A stretch of DNA of 63,570 bases, filler included, from Octopus bimaculoides (Eukaryota): assembly GCF_001194135.2 (NCBI RefSeq). It is 9 parts of 8 records of this genome, joined end to end, with 100 filler letters (N's around TTAATTAATTAA, not from the genome) between each part and the next. Parts side by side here need not be neighbours in the genome. Positions count along the whole stretch, not along the records: positions 61,587 to 63,570 come from NC_068986.1; 8 more parts are not named here. One strand, 5' to 3'. The notes beneath the pieces were generated by a model that ran no database searches, had not been told where the DNA came from, and worked only from the letters and a program-made list of their open reading frames with translations. Below, in pieces: positions 62,826 through 63,570 of the stretch (positions within the stretch are counted from its first letter, which is position 1; each line of letters begins with the position of its first letter). Position numbers and translations under genes: made by a program.

Positions 62826-63265
62826 ATATATATGCGTGTGTGGGTGTGGGTGTGGGTGTGTGTGTGTGTGTGTGTGTGGGTGTGTGTGTGTGCATGTGTG
62901 TGTGTGTTTGTGTCTGTGTTTGTCCCGGTCACTGCTAGACAACACGTGTTTGTGTCTTTACGTCTCTGTAACTTGGCGGTTCGGCATAAGAGATCGATAG
63001 AACAAGTACTAGGGCCAATTAATTCGACCAAAATTCTTCAAAGTGGTGCCCATGAGTGTGAAACCAATATAATCATGCGATGAGAAAATGAAATGAATGT
63101 ACTTGTACGTTTCGGGTGGTGGTTGTTTGTCAAGAAAAGACTAGTGGGCGAATGAAGTGAAAAGAAGAAAAGAATGTTAAATTTAAATCAATGTTGATTT
63201 CAGTTAGGATGAAGAGAAATCAGTGAGTGAAAATGAGTAGAACACCAACCAATATTTCTCGACAC

Positions 63266-63570
63266 TAAGGCGGCGAGCTTGCAGAAACGTTAGCACACCG
63301 GGCGAAATGCTTGGTGGTATTTCGTCTGTCTTTACTGTTCTGAGTTCAAATTCTGCCGAGGTCGACTTTGCCTTTCATCCTTTTGGGGTCGATAAATTAA
63401 GTACCAGTTACGCACTGGGGTCGATGTAATCGACTTAATCCCTTTGTCTATCCTTGTTTGTCCCTTCTGTGTGTAGCCCCTTGTGGGCAGTAAAGAAATA
63501 AGAAACGTTAGCATGCCGGGCGAAATGCTTAGCAGTATTTCGTCTGTTTTACGTTCTGAGTTCAAATTCC
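63266..63570 (+). mobile_element. SINE family C, dimeric, runs off the window
   Basis: Full head, first subunit and start of the second subunit. Confidence 0.88.

Overview
This is eukaryotic, AT-rich, repeat-saturated DNA from a draft assembly, with many N gaps and eight artificial 44N-TTAATTAATTAA-44N joins. The SINE and microsatellite landscape resembles a coleoid cephalopod (Octopus-like); that is pattern recognition, not a database result. No intact host gene can be confidently called, only one weak candidate exon (30525-30675, minus) and one doubtful ORF (13051-13347, minus). The window is a transposon graveyard. It holds two mariner relics (one complete, with both TIRs and a TA TSD), three hAT-like non-autonomous elements, a Chapaev3-like transposase relic, an L1/Tx1 LINE, R4/Dong, RTE and RTE-X fragments, several Penelope-like (PLE) pieces, a Helitron 3' end and at least five SINE families. 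The most notable signal is a dispersed ~280-nt AT-rich element (4 copies, all on +) headed by a minimal type-I hammerhead-ribozyme fold. Three visible copies have largely different but compensating stems I/II/III, each has a palindromic (dimer-type) stem III, and all three carry the same non-canonical 8-nt core C-[A/U]-UGA-N-GA in place of CUGANGA. Other highlights are a circularly permuted-looking R4/Dong pair joined by an (AAT/AAC)n tract, a tail-to-tail inverted SINE pair only 16 nt apart, a 40-bp-stem hairpin, and a divergent PLE GIY-YIG frame broken by a single TAG at a conserved Trp.
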